64,000 nt of DNA from the human T2T-CHM13v2.0 reference genome, Homo sapiens, in NCBI RefSeq assembly GCF_009914755.1, contig NC_060944.1; one strand, written 5' to 3'. Every line of letters starts with the position of its first letter. The stretch's first letter is position 1. The translations under genes and the position numbers were made by a program. Under the pieces are notes generated by a model that saw only the letters and a list, made by a program, of their open reading frames with translations, made no database searches and was not told the origin of the DNA. This document shows, piece by piece, positions 1 to 40,125 of this stretch.

Positions 1-333
1 TGGTCCCACGCTGTGTGGCGGTCACACGGCGCTGCCCCCCCACTTGCACGGCCACATAGGGGTTAATGTTGACTCCCACCAGTTTCTGGGCTTCCAGCAC
101 AGTGACTCCCACCTGAGAGGTACAGAAGGATGAGGAAAGGAAGCCAGACCTGCCTGGGTGGAGGGAAAGAACATGCGTGCCAGAAGAGGTAGTACTTCCA
201 AGGGTTAGGCCCTGGAAAAAGAGTAGTACCTGGAAGTCTTGAGCTCTGGACACCTGGAAGGGATCCCCATGGGCCAGGGCCCTGGCGCGGCTGGAGAGAA
301 GCTTAAGGTTAGCACTCACTTGGTCCCTCCCCT

Positions 334-367
334 GCACACGCACACGCGCGCACACACACACACACAC
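334..367. repeat. (CA)n/(CG)n microsatellite
   Basis: gcacacgcacacgcgcgcacacacacacacacac. Confidence 0.85.
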
Positions 368-1803
368 TTGCTTGGTGCTGGGAATGATGTTTTCTCTCCC
401 TCTGAATTTTTGGATTCCAGGTCCTTCAGGTCATGTCTTGCTGCCTCCATCTCAACCCTGCACCCACAATTTGACTCATTCCTGGAGCCCGAAACCATTC
501 ATTCATGCAACAGAGGTTTATTGAGTACCTACTATGAGCTAACACTGTCCCAAGCACTGGGACGCTGTAGTGAAGAGACAAATCTTGCCCTCATCAAGCT
601 TTCATCCCCTGCATGTGTGTGAGCCACTGTAACTATGTGTATGAACATGGCAGTGTCTATGCCTATGAGCAAGTGACTGGAGAATCCACCCTTCCCACAC
701 CCCCTGGGACTGTGTGTTTGTGAGGGCAGATGGGTGTGGGAGCAGGTGTGCCGTGGGTACAAGTTACCTCTTGAGGGGGCTGAACATAACACCAGAAAGT
801 TCCACGTCAGGCTCATCATCCAGGTCCTGCTCCAGCTCAAGCTCCAGCTCATTCTCTTCATCGTCCTGCTGGCCTAGACTTCGAGCTAGCCTGCGGCCTA
901 GAGCCACTGCCCGCCGCTCCAGCTGGGCCTCCCCAGGCCTGATAGGAAAGACCCTCAAGGGACATGCCTGGAACCCATCACCCATCTCCAGGCAATCCCT
1001 TGACTTCCTGGAGCCTTGGACTGACCCCTGACCCTTGAACTGATCCCACTGATCCTAGGACCAGTTATTGACCTTGTGGCTGACTTCACTGATCCCAGGA
1101 CAGACTCTTAACCCTGGGACATTTCTAATTCCAGAACTGACCTCTGATTCTAGGACTGACCTCTGACCCTGGAACTGATTCAGTTCTGACCCAAGACCCT
1201 GGGGCTGCCCCCATATCACTGGCTCCTAACTCCAAGACTGACTCAGTGACTCCAGGTCATCCCCACATACTTACTCCAGTTCCTGGAAGCCCACATTGGG
1301 GATGATTAACTCGAAGCTGGGGAATAATAAATGAAAGGACTAAGAGGAACATTCCTAACTACAGAGCGGCACCTGCTCAGCACACGTCCAAGGGTCACTG
1401 AATCGGCAGATCCAGAGTGGAACCGGGCACTACTTCTCCCTTTCCAGGGTCTGCCTGGGCTGGGACCACCAGGTCTTGCTTCAGTTGCTGAGGGGATTAC
1501 CTGTCCTGGATGGGTGCCCCAAAGTCCTCCTCTGACCAGGCTCCAGTAGCGCCCTCTGGGGGCTGGTACTTCAGGTCAAGCTCCACCTGGATCTGAAACC
1601 AGATACAGTATCCCCTAGGGCCCCCCATCTAACTGCCCTGGGTCTAAGAGAGGCCCAAGGACAATGCCAGTGCCTTTTACTACAGGCGGCAGAGATCTTT
1701 CTGGCCAGCATCCGTGGTGCCTTGTGGTTCCTCTCTGATCATTAATAATGTAGACTACTCATAACCTATTAAGAACTAAGTAACTAGGCAAGTTTCCTCG
1801 TTA

Positions 1804-1981
<178 letters not shown>

Positions 1982-2506
1982 TGAGGCCCAACAGGATTCC
2001 AAAATTGTCTCATTTTTGTTGGAAATCCCTTACGGTGGCCTTCACTACTCTGCCTGGTCTGGCCCCACCAACCTTTCCAGCTCCATCTCACTCCAGGCAC
2101 CCCAGCTGTGCTCCTTCAAGGCGCTGGACTTTTGCATATGCCTTTTCCTCTGCCTGGAACATTCTCTCCTCCCAGTTAACATCTGTTATCCTTCAAGTCT
2201 AAGTTCAGGTACTATTTCCTCAGGGAACCTTCTCTGGCCCCCAAGTAGATCATACTCCCCTGTGGTACCCTCTCCCAGCCCCTACCAGCTTTCTTCTAAC
2301 ACCTGCCAGTTCCAGTTTCACACTTACTTGTGTGAATATTTGTTTAATGTTTGCCTCCCTTCCAAGGGTGTGAATCTTTATCTGGTTTTGCTCACCACGG
2401 AATCCTCATTGCTCAGCTCAGCATTTGGCTTATCATAAGAGCTCAACAAATGATGACGGACTGAACAAAAGAACTCCACATTATATAAATGAGAAAATAG
2501 CTTCCA

Positions 2507-2809
<303 letters not shown>

Positions 2810-3447
2810 CTACCAAATGCTAAAGAACGTGTACAAGTTCCCAGACGGGAAATGGCAGATCTGAGATTTGAAGTTAGGTCCATGTCTACTAGGCTATGAG
2901 CCCTTCCATGAAACACCAGGAAAATCCAGCCAGGTTCATCTTTGTCTCCCAAAAGAATTGATTGCTGAAAGGAATCCTGGCTGGAGGCCTTGTTACCACT
3001 CCTCTCTGGGTCTTAGGTTTTCCCCTGTGAGAAATGGAACCCTTTATCTAGAGGTACTTAAGGGTGGCAGCCTGGGGGCCAGAGGGGCTCACCGGGGACA
3101 CTTGAAGATTCTCATCCACTAGGGCTTCCCGTAGCACCAAATGCCCAGCATTCTGTAGCTGCTGCAGGGAGATCACCAGGGTCCCTAGAGGCCTAGGGGA
3201 GTGGCATAGAGCAAAAGAGTGACCCAAGAGAATGGCTCTAAGTCACCCCCAGCCCAACCTGCATCCCTGTCTCCCCAGGCCTACTCACCTAAGGCTGAAT
3301 ACACGGCTGCAGTTGACCACCTGCACAGACAGACACTCCCCAGCCAGTGGAGCCCCATAGTGGGGCCATCGGAACAGCTGGGGACAGGAGGAAGCTTGTG
3401 ACACCCATGCTGTGCTGACCCTAAACTCCAATCCAAAGCCCATTCTT

Positions 3448-3760
3448 GGCTGGGCACAGTGGCTCACGCCTGTAATCCCAGCACCTTGGGAGGCCAAGGC
3501 AGGCAGATCACTTGAGATCAGGAGTTCAAGACCAGCCTGACCAACATGGTAAAACCCCTTCTCTACTAAAAATACAAAAATTAGCCAGGTGTGGTGGTAC
3601 ATGTCTGTAATCCCAGCTACTCAGGAGGCTGAGGCAGGAGACTCGCTTGAACTTGGGAGGTGAAGTTTCCAGTGAGCTGAGATTGTGCCATTGCACTCCA
3701 GCCTGAGTGACAGAGTGAGGCCCTGTCTCAAAAAAAAAAGAAAAAAAAAGAAAAAAAAAA
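3448..3760 (+). mobile_element. Alu (AluS) in FER1L4 intron
   Basis: Alu consensus plus A-tail. Confidence 0.9.
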
Positions 3761-4758
3761 ACCCTATTCCTAACCCTCAGACAGGAGCCAATCCTCCAGA
3801 CTTAGAGCTAACTTTAGGACTAACATCCCCAAACCTGGAAGGGATCCCTGCACATGGGTTTGAATCTGAGTGAGGGCTGATCTGGGACTAACTAGTGATC
3901 AAGAATGAATTCCCCCAGTCTTGCAACTAATTTGTTCCAATCTGGGTCTGATCTCTCAGGCCTCAGACTGACCCCACCTCCCAAGACTATACTTCCCCAA
4001 ACCCAGGAATGAGCCCCTGAACCCCAGGTTGGACTTGGATGGGAGACAGATCAGGAACCAACTGTACTGACCTCACCGATATCTGCTTCTGGACCACAGT
4101 GAATTTTTCTTGTTTTCTGGGTAAAGCCTGCTCAGAACTGAAACTAGTCATATATCAGCCCCTCCCCCCACACACACAAAAATAATTTGCTTCCCCCACT
4201 CTTGGCCCAGTGTCAAGTCCCTCCTGGATTCACCCTTAAAGAAAGGTAGACAATGGGAAGGAAAGAGGCAGAGGGTTGGAGATACCAGTGTGGGTAGAGA
4301 AAAGAAATGGGCTGTAGAGATGGGAAGGCATTGGGTCAAGGGCCCCCAGTTTCAAATATCCTTAGGGCGCCCCTGCAAGCCTCACCTCGAAAGGTGAGCT
4401 TCACTTGTCGGTCGTGGGTGCCGGTCAGCCCTGTTAGTCGTTGCACGCGTTACCGTCAGAGCCATGGTCCCAGTGGCACTGGCACTTCCTCTGCCCGTCT
4501 GCCCTTCTGCCCACCAGCCCGCCCACCTGAATCGCCTCTGACTCACTGGACTCACCCAGCAGGTTTAGCAATCCCTACCCTTTAGTCAAACACACAGGGA
4601 GCAGGCCTGGGGGTCATGGGTGGGGAGGGAGGAGAGGACCGAGGGATAGGGGTAAGGTCCTGGAGGTCAATTCAGCCCTCCCTGCCTCCACCAGCTGCAA
4701 GCTGGCAGGACTGCCTCAGCCTCCATCCTGCATCCTCAGGGAGTGAGAGCTGTGATAG

Positions 4759-6150
<1,392 letters not shown>

Positions 6151-6638
6151 TCATGTTGTTTCTTGTTCATCTTCCTGTTCTCAGTGCCCAGATCAGGGTT
6201 TGGCACATGGTAGACCCTTAAAACACTGAACAAATGGATGAACTAATAAATGAATCCCTTAGCCCTCAGAAGTAGTGCTGTAGGCATTCAACACATTTAT
6301 TGAATTAAAAAGTGATTAAATGTGTGTTCCTAGCTTGCAACATAGTAAGCATTCAGCTGGAAGCCAGGTGTCCTTAACTTGGGGTCCTAGGATCCTAGTG
6401 GGACCATAGAATGGCTCCATGGAGGCTGCAAATCTTTGAAATTTTCTGCAAAATATTGGGCATGTGTACACTTTTGTGGACTAAGAGCTCATCACTTAGG
6501 TTAATAACCCTAAAACAGATGTACAATACTTTTGCTGAGTGAAGTCATGAATGTATCTTGAAATCTGAACCCATAATATGTGAAAGTATGTATTCACTGG
6601 AGTTCACAGCCAGGCCCTTTAATTATATACATATATAA

Positions 6639-7730
<1,092 letters not shown>

Positions 7731-7740
7731 TGGCTTAGAG

Positions 7741-12700
<4,960 letters not shown>

Positions 12701-12979
12701 AACAAAGTCAGAAGGAGAGGCTGCCATGGCTACGGCTCCAGGTGACGTCACGGCCAGCTCCGTGACGCGCGGCCAGGGCAGCCCGCGGAGACCGAGGCTC
12801 CTCTGTGACGTCAGCAGCCGGCCGGGACACAGCGGGAGGGCAGGTGCGGCCGCGGGGCCTGCCGACTTCACGCAGGGTCCGTGGGGTCCCCGCGGCGCGC
12901 AGCGGCTGAAGGAGGCCCCAGGGCCTTGGCGACCGCAGCGGCGGCTTTAGCGTCAGTGACTAGGCAGCAGGGGGTCAGG

Positions 12980-17998
<5,019 letters not shown>

Positions 17999-18854
17999 AC
18001 ATGCTGATTTTTGGAGTAGAATTGAGTTCTGCTGAAGGATACTGGATCAGTGCTTTCGGGGGCTCTGTTGGGAGAGCTCTGGCTGCCGTTGCATCTAAGT
18101 ATGGAGGGGCTGACTTCCCAATGCACCCTCTTTTCTTGGAGAAGTCTTGATCAAGATCGTAATAGCAGCTCCTGTTTATGGAGTGCCTACCACGTACAAG
18201 AAACAGTGCTGTGGACATTACACACATTACCTAACTTCATTCTCACAACCAGAAAGGGAAGCTGCTCAGGTCAGGAAACTTGTTCAATGTCACACAGCTA
18301 GTGAAAGGCAGTGACAGAGCAGTACCCAGGCCCACCTTCCTCCAGAGCCAGTCCTCTAACTGCAGAGCTGCAGGCAGCCTGAACCCACCTTTGTGCTCAA
18401 TTCCCAGCCCCAGTGGGAAAGTCCCCAACTCCTGCTAGGTACCGGTGGAGGGGTAGCTACCCACCTTCTGCAGGCACACACTCAAAAGCTAAGGAGACTT
18501 GATAACCTCTAGGAAGCTTCTGAGTCACAGAGCTGATGCAGGCCTGGTAGCCCCTACATAGGTTGTCTTACTGAGACCTGAGTTCCCAACTCTGTGTGAG
18601 GCACAGCATAGATGATTTAGTGTTCACCAGTCCCTGCCCTCAAGGAGCCTGACAGGGGAAAGAAGAGACTCCAGGAAACAGGACAATGCATTTACAGATC
18701 CAAGAATTCTTCACTCTAAGGGTCGAAAGTGGAATTGCAGGGAAAAAAGATGGAGGAGAAGGCAACAAAGGATTAATGAGTTCTACCTAGGGGTAGGAAA
18801 GGAGGACCAGCATGAGCAAAGCAACACGCACAACATGCACCATCTTGGAGGGCA

Positions 18855-22815
<3,961 letters not shown>

Positions 22816-23035
22816 TGTATTTTCAAAAACAGTGAGTCAGTGTCTCTAGAATGAATAGATATCTGCCCAGAAATACTCAACTTTGAGTGGGGCTTTACAC
22901 CAGAGACATCCTTCACGTAACAACCCCTAAGTAAACAAACTAAGGTGTGGAGAGGGGATGTAAACATTGCTCATAGCAGCCTCCTACCTAAAAACACACA
23001 AGAGAGTGGTGGCAAAGCATTGGTCTTCACTGGTC

Positions 23036-23041
23036 TTTATT
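23036..23041 (-). terminator. CPNE1: CPNE1 poly(A) signal AATAAA
   Basis: tttatt on plus, about 180 nt downstream of the CPNE1 stop. Confidence 0.85.
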
Positions 23042-23216
23042 GAATGAGGGTTGTCAGGAGCAAAGGTGGGATCAAGAGCAGCAAAAGCAGAAACAAGTAT
23101 AAAAGTATCAAAAAATACAAAGTGCTAGCACTGAGGAGAGTGAGAAGGGTTGGGTTGTGGCCCAGAGGGACCTCTGGGACACAGGATTGAGGACTTGCCA
23201 CAGCCTCCAAGGGAAC

Positions 23217-29899
<6,683 letters not shown>

Positions 29900-30558
29900 C
29901 TGAGGGAAAAGGAGCTGGGTCAAGCACCAGGGAGCCTTCTCTCCCCTTCCCCGACTACAGGTCCCAGCTTGGGAAGGCCAGCAGGCATCACCCAGGCAGG
30001 GCTGAGCATACGTCCACCCCCGTGACACCCAAGGAAGAGAAGGCCTCATAGCCTCCAAACCCCTCCACCCCTAGGTGAGCTCACTGGCACAGAAGATGGC
30101 AGATACAACCAACCCTGGTCTGAAGATATTGAAAAGGGGTACTAGCCTCCATCTACAACTGTGACCCCAAACTATCCTCACCCTAAAATTTGTCTTAATC
30201 CCAATAGGGCTGTCCAAACCCAGACTCTAATCTTGGTCTTTGCAAAGACCAATAAATCTTTCTGACCCCCTTACTGGCCCCAGGCCAGACCCTAATCCAA
30301 GTTCTGATCCTAACATAACCCCAAATATAACTATGATCCAGATAATATCCTCCACAAATTATCTTCTTCCAATAATTTCTCACTAACCCTGGGGATCTAA
30401 CTCTTGTGGTGGAGTTATGATCCCCCTACTAATTCTCCTCACCTCTACTGCTAATGTTCAACTCCTCACTATTTCCACTGCTGCTGCCCAATCTAAGCCA
30501 TCACTGTTTGTCACCTGGCTTACAGCATTAGCCTCTTCAACTGGTCTCCCTTATTCTA

Positions 30559-32018
<1,460 letters not shown>

Positions 32019-33493
32019 AGCCAAGTTTGTTTCTACCCCAAACACTTTGCAGTACCTGGAATGTGTTCTTTCTCTGCATTATATCCACATGGCTCACTGC
32101 TCCCTTTCCCCACAAGTCTTTACTCAAAATAATCTTCCCTGTTTTATATATACATATATATATAAAGGCTCTCCCTTTTAGCCCCTCTAAAATTTCAACC
32201 CCACTGCCCCTGGCATTGCATACCCCTTTTTTGCTTTTTCTCAATGTCTAACATTATATACATGTATATACTGTTTCCCCCACTAGAATATAAATTCTGT
32301 GAGAAAGGAATATTTAGCTGTTCTGTTTATTGCTCTATCCCAAGCACCTAGACAATACATATTTGCAGAATGAAATCTGAAAGTTCATCTCCAGCCCCAG
32401 CTCCCTGCCCAGCCAGCTCCAAACTAACTGATGTCTCGCCCTTGTAATCAGGCAGCACCAAGCTTCTCTGATTCACCCCTTCCCTCTGCTGGGAACATTA
32501 TTTTCTTGCATGGTTCACCACGACAACACCTGGGTAATTCCGTCCTCCTGCAGCCACCATAACAATCACCCTCAGACCTCTTGTTATCCCTGTGTCCCCC
32601 TTGGCCCATATACCTGAAGACCACTCCACCAGCAGTGCACACGAGGTCAGATCTTTCACTGAGCTTCACTCAGCATTCCATGTTTCCCAAAGCTATACCC
32701 TGAGATGCCTCCAGCGTCAGCCCTCCCCTATACTGATCCTCAGTCAATCGCTCCTCCCTCGCAGCCCACAGCACCTCATCTTGGTCCCTCATAGTTTCCA
32801 TCTGGAATGCTGTTATCAAAGTTGGAATGCTTCAGAGTTCAACTTGCTTCACATACTGCCCCTCCACAGCACCCTGGCCCCTGCATGAACAGTCCCAGTG
32901 ATAGAAAACCCAGTCTTACAATCCAATCATCAGAAAGTCTAGGTCCATACAAATCCTACCCAAACTGACCTAACTCTGTGGAATTCTTACTTCTACCTGG
33001 TAGTTCTTCCCCAGCCTAGGGCTCCATGGGAAGGCCTTACCCTATCTCCCTATGAGAACTCATCTGATACCTGGAAGCTGTGAACAGTCCCAGCTGAAAT
33101 CTGGAGAAACAGCCGCAGTTCTTTTGGCTGTTGCCCCTAGAATGTGGCCTGCAGACTTCTGACCATCCTGATCACTCCCTTGGGGGTTCCCCAAGGACAG
33201 ACCCAGAGCAGAATACATGCTCCCTCAAGGGATCAGGATCACAGCTTCCCCCAAGTCACAATCTGAACTCCATGCATGTCACCTCACATGCTCTCCCAGG
33301 CAGTGTTTACACAGTACAGAGACAAATAAAAAAGAATGCTCATTTCACTAATGCTGGGAATAGTGAAAAATCTAAGGCAGCTTAAAGGTCTATCAACTAA
33401 ATATGATACATCTGAACAACGGAATGCTGAATAGTGGCTAAAAAACAAGCCAGAACTATATTATATTGGTATCCTATGAAAAAATCAAAAATA

Positions 33494-33768
33494 GGCCGGG
33501 CGCAGTGGCTCACTGTTGTAATCCCAGCGTTTTGGGACGCCGAGGCAGGCGGATCACTTGAGGTCAGTTCAAGACCAGCGTGGCCAACGTGGTGAAACCC
33601 AGTCTCTACCAAAAATACAAATATCAGCTGGGTGTGGTGGTGCACACCTGTAGTCCCAGCTACTCGGGAGCCAGGAGAATCACTTGAACCTGGGAGTTGG
33701 AGGTTGCAGTGAGCCGAGATCATGGCACTGTACACAAGACTCCATCTCAAATAATAATAATAATAATA
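33494..33768 (+). mobile_element. Alu
   Basis: Alu consensus with (TAA)n tail. Confidence 0.85.
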
Positions 33769-35269
33769 GGAAGAGTATGACCATTTTTTACTTCAATTGT
33801 AAACTTCCATTTTAAACTTCAATTGTAGGTGTATCTTTATAACAGATTTGAATACAAACATAAATAAATACACACACAGAAAAATAGAAGATGCATCAAA
33901 TGTTTTAGGTAGCTCAAAGGAGTGGAAGATAAGAATTTTGTGAACTCCATAATTCTGTATTGTTTCAATATTTTATACTGTTTTGTATTTTTTAAAAGGC
34001 CTTATATGAAATAAAAAACAAAAACAAAACAAGCAAAATAAATAAAAAGGCCTCATCAGCTTTCCCCCCAAATCCACACCTCAAATCTTCTTGACTGTTC
34101 ATTCTAAGCCCAAAGCCTCCACTTCCAGTTCAACAACCCCTACCTAACTTCAGGCCTTATTAGTCTCTTGCGTCCTGCTTGGTTTCTGTCCTAGCACTGC
34201 TCCACCTGGTCATCCCAGATGCCAGCTTCCAGTCTCTATTCCAAGTAAAAGCCCCGTATAGCTGCCTTTAGGTTCGGAGCCAAACTCCCTAGCAAAGCTA
34301 CCTTGCTGCACAACTCCAAAGGACATACCTACATAGAATTTGGTAGTTTTGCAATCTGGTAACCCTGCATCCCTAGATCAACCTTCAAAGCTCTTCCCAG
34401 TTTGCCATCAGCTCTACCTCCTGCCGCTCACTCACCCACCCACCGAACTAGTCATCCAAAGTTATTTCTGGTTCATCTAACACACATGCCTGACTTTCCT
34501 GCCTAGCAAATGTCCTGTCATCCATGGTTCTAATATGACATTATTCCTTTATGAACCCTTGCCTGTTTTCCCCAAGGATTTTCTTGTCTCTGCTCTGGAT
34601 GACTGCGATGTTTCCTCATTAGTGTTTCTGCGACCATACACACACATTTCTGGGTTTATTAGCCAAACAGAAACCTGATCATGTCATTTTTCCACTGAAA
34701 ACTCTGGAATGCCTTTCCAAAACACTTAAGATAAAACCCAAAGTTCTTACCATGGTCTTCAAGGCCCTGCAAGACCTTACCCTTGCCTAACTAATCATCT
34801 AGCCACGCAACTATCCTCCAGCCAGGTTGGCCTTTCTGATCCACATATACCTAACACCAACCTTATTTACCACCTCAGGGCTTTTGCACTCTGTCTCCCT
34901 CCTTATACACTACAGAAAATAAGCTATACTAGAGTAGGAACTCTGGCTAGCTCCAGGACCCACAGCAGTATCTATCTATCCTACAGTAGATACTCATCAG
35001 TAAGTATTTAGTGACTGACTTAACATTGAAGCCACACCATAATTTTTACTTTTGTCTGTCTACCCTGTAAACTATGGGGTCCTTGAACTAGGGCTGGATA
35101 TTATCTCTGTATCACTAGTATTAGTACTTAGTATATAGCTGGTACTAATAACCATTTGCTGAACAAATGGTGAATGTGCTTTTGCTCAAGTCACACTTCA
35201 GGCCTTGAACTGATGTGTAACAATAAATCTCCCCTATCCTGATCTTGTATAGTTCAACTTTGAAATTTA

Positions 35270-36610
<1,341 letters not shown>

Positions 36611-39600
36611 TAGGGAAATTTTTAATTGGAGAACTACAGGTCCTCCCCCTGGTAAGAGGTTGTTGTGAATGACAAAAGCATTAGCAGTGATTATTTGGGG
36701 TGGTAAGATTACAGGCCACAACTGGAGCTGCTGTCTTCTCACTCCACGACTTCTCAAATGTCCCCAAAAGAGATGCCCTTGGTCTGGGCCAAACACGTGT
36801 AGTGGGCTACTATTATCATCTTCCTGTGTAGGCCTCAATTTCTGGTGGACTATTCCTTCCTAATCATTACCATTACACCACTTTTCCTGGACTAAATCCT
36901 TTTTCAGTTTTTTGAACCCAGAATCAAACCCCAGCCATACTGTTGTGGGCTCATGTGTGCCTCAGTAGGATAAGGGGCTGAACTCTCACTGATGTGAGCC
37001 CCTAAGGTGGCCTGGCTTCCATTCTGAGGTCAGAGCTTCCTGTGCAAGCAGTTTTGTTCACAGATTTGTCTCCTTTTCTTTCTCATTGGAATCAACTCTT
37101 TATAAACAAATCTTTTCCATCTGTAGTTTTCTATCCTTTGAGCAACATTTCCTTTAAATGATCTATAAACCACGGGATTATTAATCTCTTCCAAAACATG
37201 TTTAATCTCCTTTGAAATCTACCTCTAAGCCTATCTCTGCTTAGAAATCTGTGATTAAAACTGTTCATGTCACTCTTCTGTCCTACATCTCTTGAACAAC
37301 TACCTACTTTAAACCAGACTCATGTATTTTTCATATACTGCCATTATAATTAACGCCATGGACTTTCAACCTCCTTTTTAGGACCAAAATCTTCCAGAAC
37401 CATATTAAATATCACATTTGAGTCAATAAAAAAAATTTGTCATTTATTTTTGTGATATTTGTGCACTCTTTCATCACCGAGCACATCTTGGCTCGATGTC
37501 TCTAACAGTCTAACTGGTTTTACCATTTCCACTCTCAGTCCCCTCCTATCTGTTATGTTGAAGTCACAGACATTCCCTGACTCTAATCCAACAAAACCCC
37601 AATTCTTATAATCCTATCAAAATGTGTAACTTGCTTATTATGTATTTCTCCTCTTGGACTGTAACTTCAACAAGCAGAGGGACCAGATTAGTCTTGCTTC
37701 TGTGCCAACGCCTGGAACACAGCAGGTGCTCTACTGATATCTGTTAAATTTATGAATGCTAGGAAAGGAGTGATACTCAAGGATCCTCAGAAATGACCCA
37801 AATCTAGCTCTGACCTGCTACTGAGACACTGAGAGAAGTAGGCTTTCTAGGAACACCCAACACCAAACACCAATTTATCTTCTCTGTTAGGTCCCCACCC
37901 CCTGACCCTTCCATTTGGGACTAGTCGGGTGTTGCGAATGGAACAGCTGAGTCTATAGCTCCAACATTTTTCTGCCTCTGCTTTCTACCACTTAGGAGTT
38001 ACCCTTTATAGTTTGTTTTCTTCTGTTTACTCCCTCTGCCAACCTCAATGTGCCCTAGCAGGGCACATTCTCTCAGTGTCCCTTAAGAAAGGCATACTCA
38101 TTCCCATTTTTATAACTTAAAATTCACAAAATGTCAGAAATAAAAAAGAACTGAGTGGCCATCTAATTCAAGTCCCTCAATCCAAGGCATAGAGGGAAGA
38201 TGTGGTTTGGCTAAGGCCACATATATGGTTAAGTGAAATGAAGACTAGAACTCAAATATTCTGATTCCTACCTAATCTCAAACCTTGGACTGTTGTTAGA
38301 CTTTTTTCCTCTCTTTGAAAAGCCCCCCTTTTTATATTGTTGCAATCTGATGCAGTGGGCAAGAGTGTGGGTTCTGCAGTGAAGTGACCAGGCTCCAAAT
38401 ACTGGCCTTATTCCTTCCTAGCCACAATAATGACATACTACAACACTAAATTGATGTCATATCTATATAACTTGGGCAAATACTTAATCTCACTAAACTT
38501 CAGGTTCCTCAGGTGTAAACTGGGGGATAGTATCTATTTCTGAAGATTAATATAAATAATGTATGCATGATGCTTAGTACAGAGGCTGGAACTGCTATGA
38601 CCACGTGTTAGCTATTATCGTTATCCTTCAAGCCTAGCTTATATATGCTCCCCTTTTCATGATCTTTCCAGCACTCAACTTCTCACTCTGGACCACTATA
38701 TTCAATTCATGCCACACGACTGTATTCTGTCGATGTTTCTCCAGCTTCTTGCCTGTCAATTAAATGACAAAGCTCTTCAGAATAAACACTGTTTCAGCAT
38801 CTCCTGCCACACAGCATATACCTGAGCACATAATGGGAATTCAAATACTTGAGGCAAGTCTGCAGCAGTGTGCTGGCGCAAGCTTGTATGGCTTGCAAGA
38901 GCCAACTGTTACATATCAGGAAATCGTTGAAGCAGGTGGCCTTGGTAAGTTTAAAACTGTAGAAATTGGGCAACTGCAAAAAGTCATGGCTTCCTTCACC
39001 CTGCCAGCCAGTTTACCAGCATACTACTGTCGATAGGGAATCCCATTCTCTGCTACAAGGGAGTAACTTGCCCTTCATTTTCTATGGCCACCCTTCCCTT
39101 GCCTTGGGAGGTTCTAATTTTCCTATTCATAACCAAGAACAGATTTCTCCTGGGTCCAGTGGGATCTAATTCAGTGCCAAATGAGCTGAAATTCATTTGT
39201 CAGTCCTTAACACTTCCCTCTTCCACTTCCAAAGTCCTAACCCAGAAAGGCACCAGCCTGCAATTCCCAATTCCTTATCCACCCCAGGTAATGACCAGAA
39301 GTTGTACAGAGGCTGCAAGAAGGTGGCATAGAGGGCTGAAGGTCTGGGTGGCAGGGCCACTCCTTTAATAAACCAATGTCATGCTCACACTCCTATTGCC
39401 TACCTTGGCATGCTGGATCAGCTCACAGATGCAGGATCAAGTCTTGAAAGCCAATCAGAAAATCCTCCATAGGCTTACAAAGGACCACCCATGGAACATT
39501 GTTTCCCGTAAGACTGAAAAGACAAACTACACCAACCACCACCACTCTTCTTTTTCCTTTTTGGCCCCATCAAAGGACATGGAGAAGGTAGACAAGTTTT

Positions 39601-40125
39601 CTTATCCCTACTTTTCTAACTCGAGGATTCTCCAAATTTACATCAGCAGCTCTAAGGATATTCCTCACAGGTCACAAACTGAACCAAAAATGAAAATCCT
39701 TTCTATAAAACTACACATTCCTTATTCATACATATGACTAAGGGCTACTGAATGGTACTCATAAACTGAAATTTTCAATAAATTTGGTTTAGATCCATAT
39801 ACTACTAAGGAGTCAGGCTGACACAAAGTATTTGGCAACACTACAAAGCTTAACATGTGCACACAAAAACTAAAAGGTGGGAAAATATGAAAAAGAAGAT
39901 GGCCACAAGGTTTTCCACTTTACTGTACTGGGTGAAGGTCAAAAACAAAAAACCAAAGCCACTAATCTAACCCCAACATCCCCAAAGGCTTATCCAAAAG
40001 TTGAACAAATCTGACCACTGTACAACTAACTCTTCAAAAAGAACCTAACTTGACGACAAAACTGGATATGGAGAAGGAAAGAAGCAAACTGAGGAGGACT
40101 ACATGGTCTTCAAAAGCAGGATAGG

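Noticed and set aside
12881-12979. Upstream in-frame extension of SPAG4
   Set aside because: It begins at GTG in the GC-rich 5'UTR/promoter; the known protein starts at MRRSS (12980).
38640-39740. Repeat-free intronic block that looked like a possible processed pseudogene or novel ORF (38764-39036 etc.)
   Set aside because: Manual translation of several frames gave frequent stops and no recognisable protein, poly(A) or TSD. A BLAST/conservation check would be needed.
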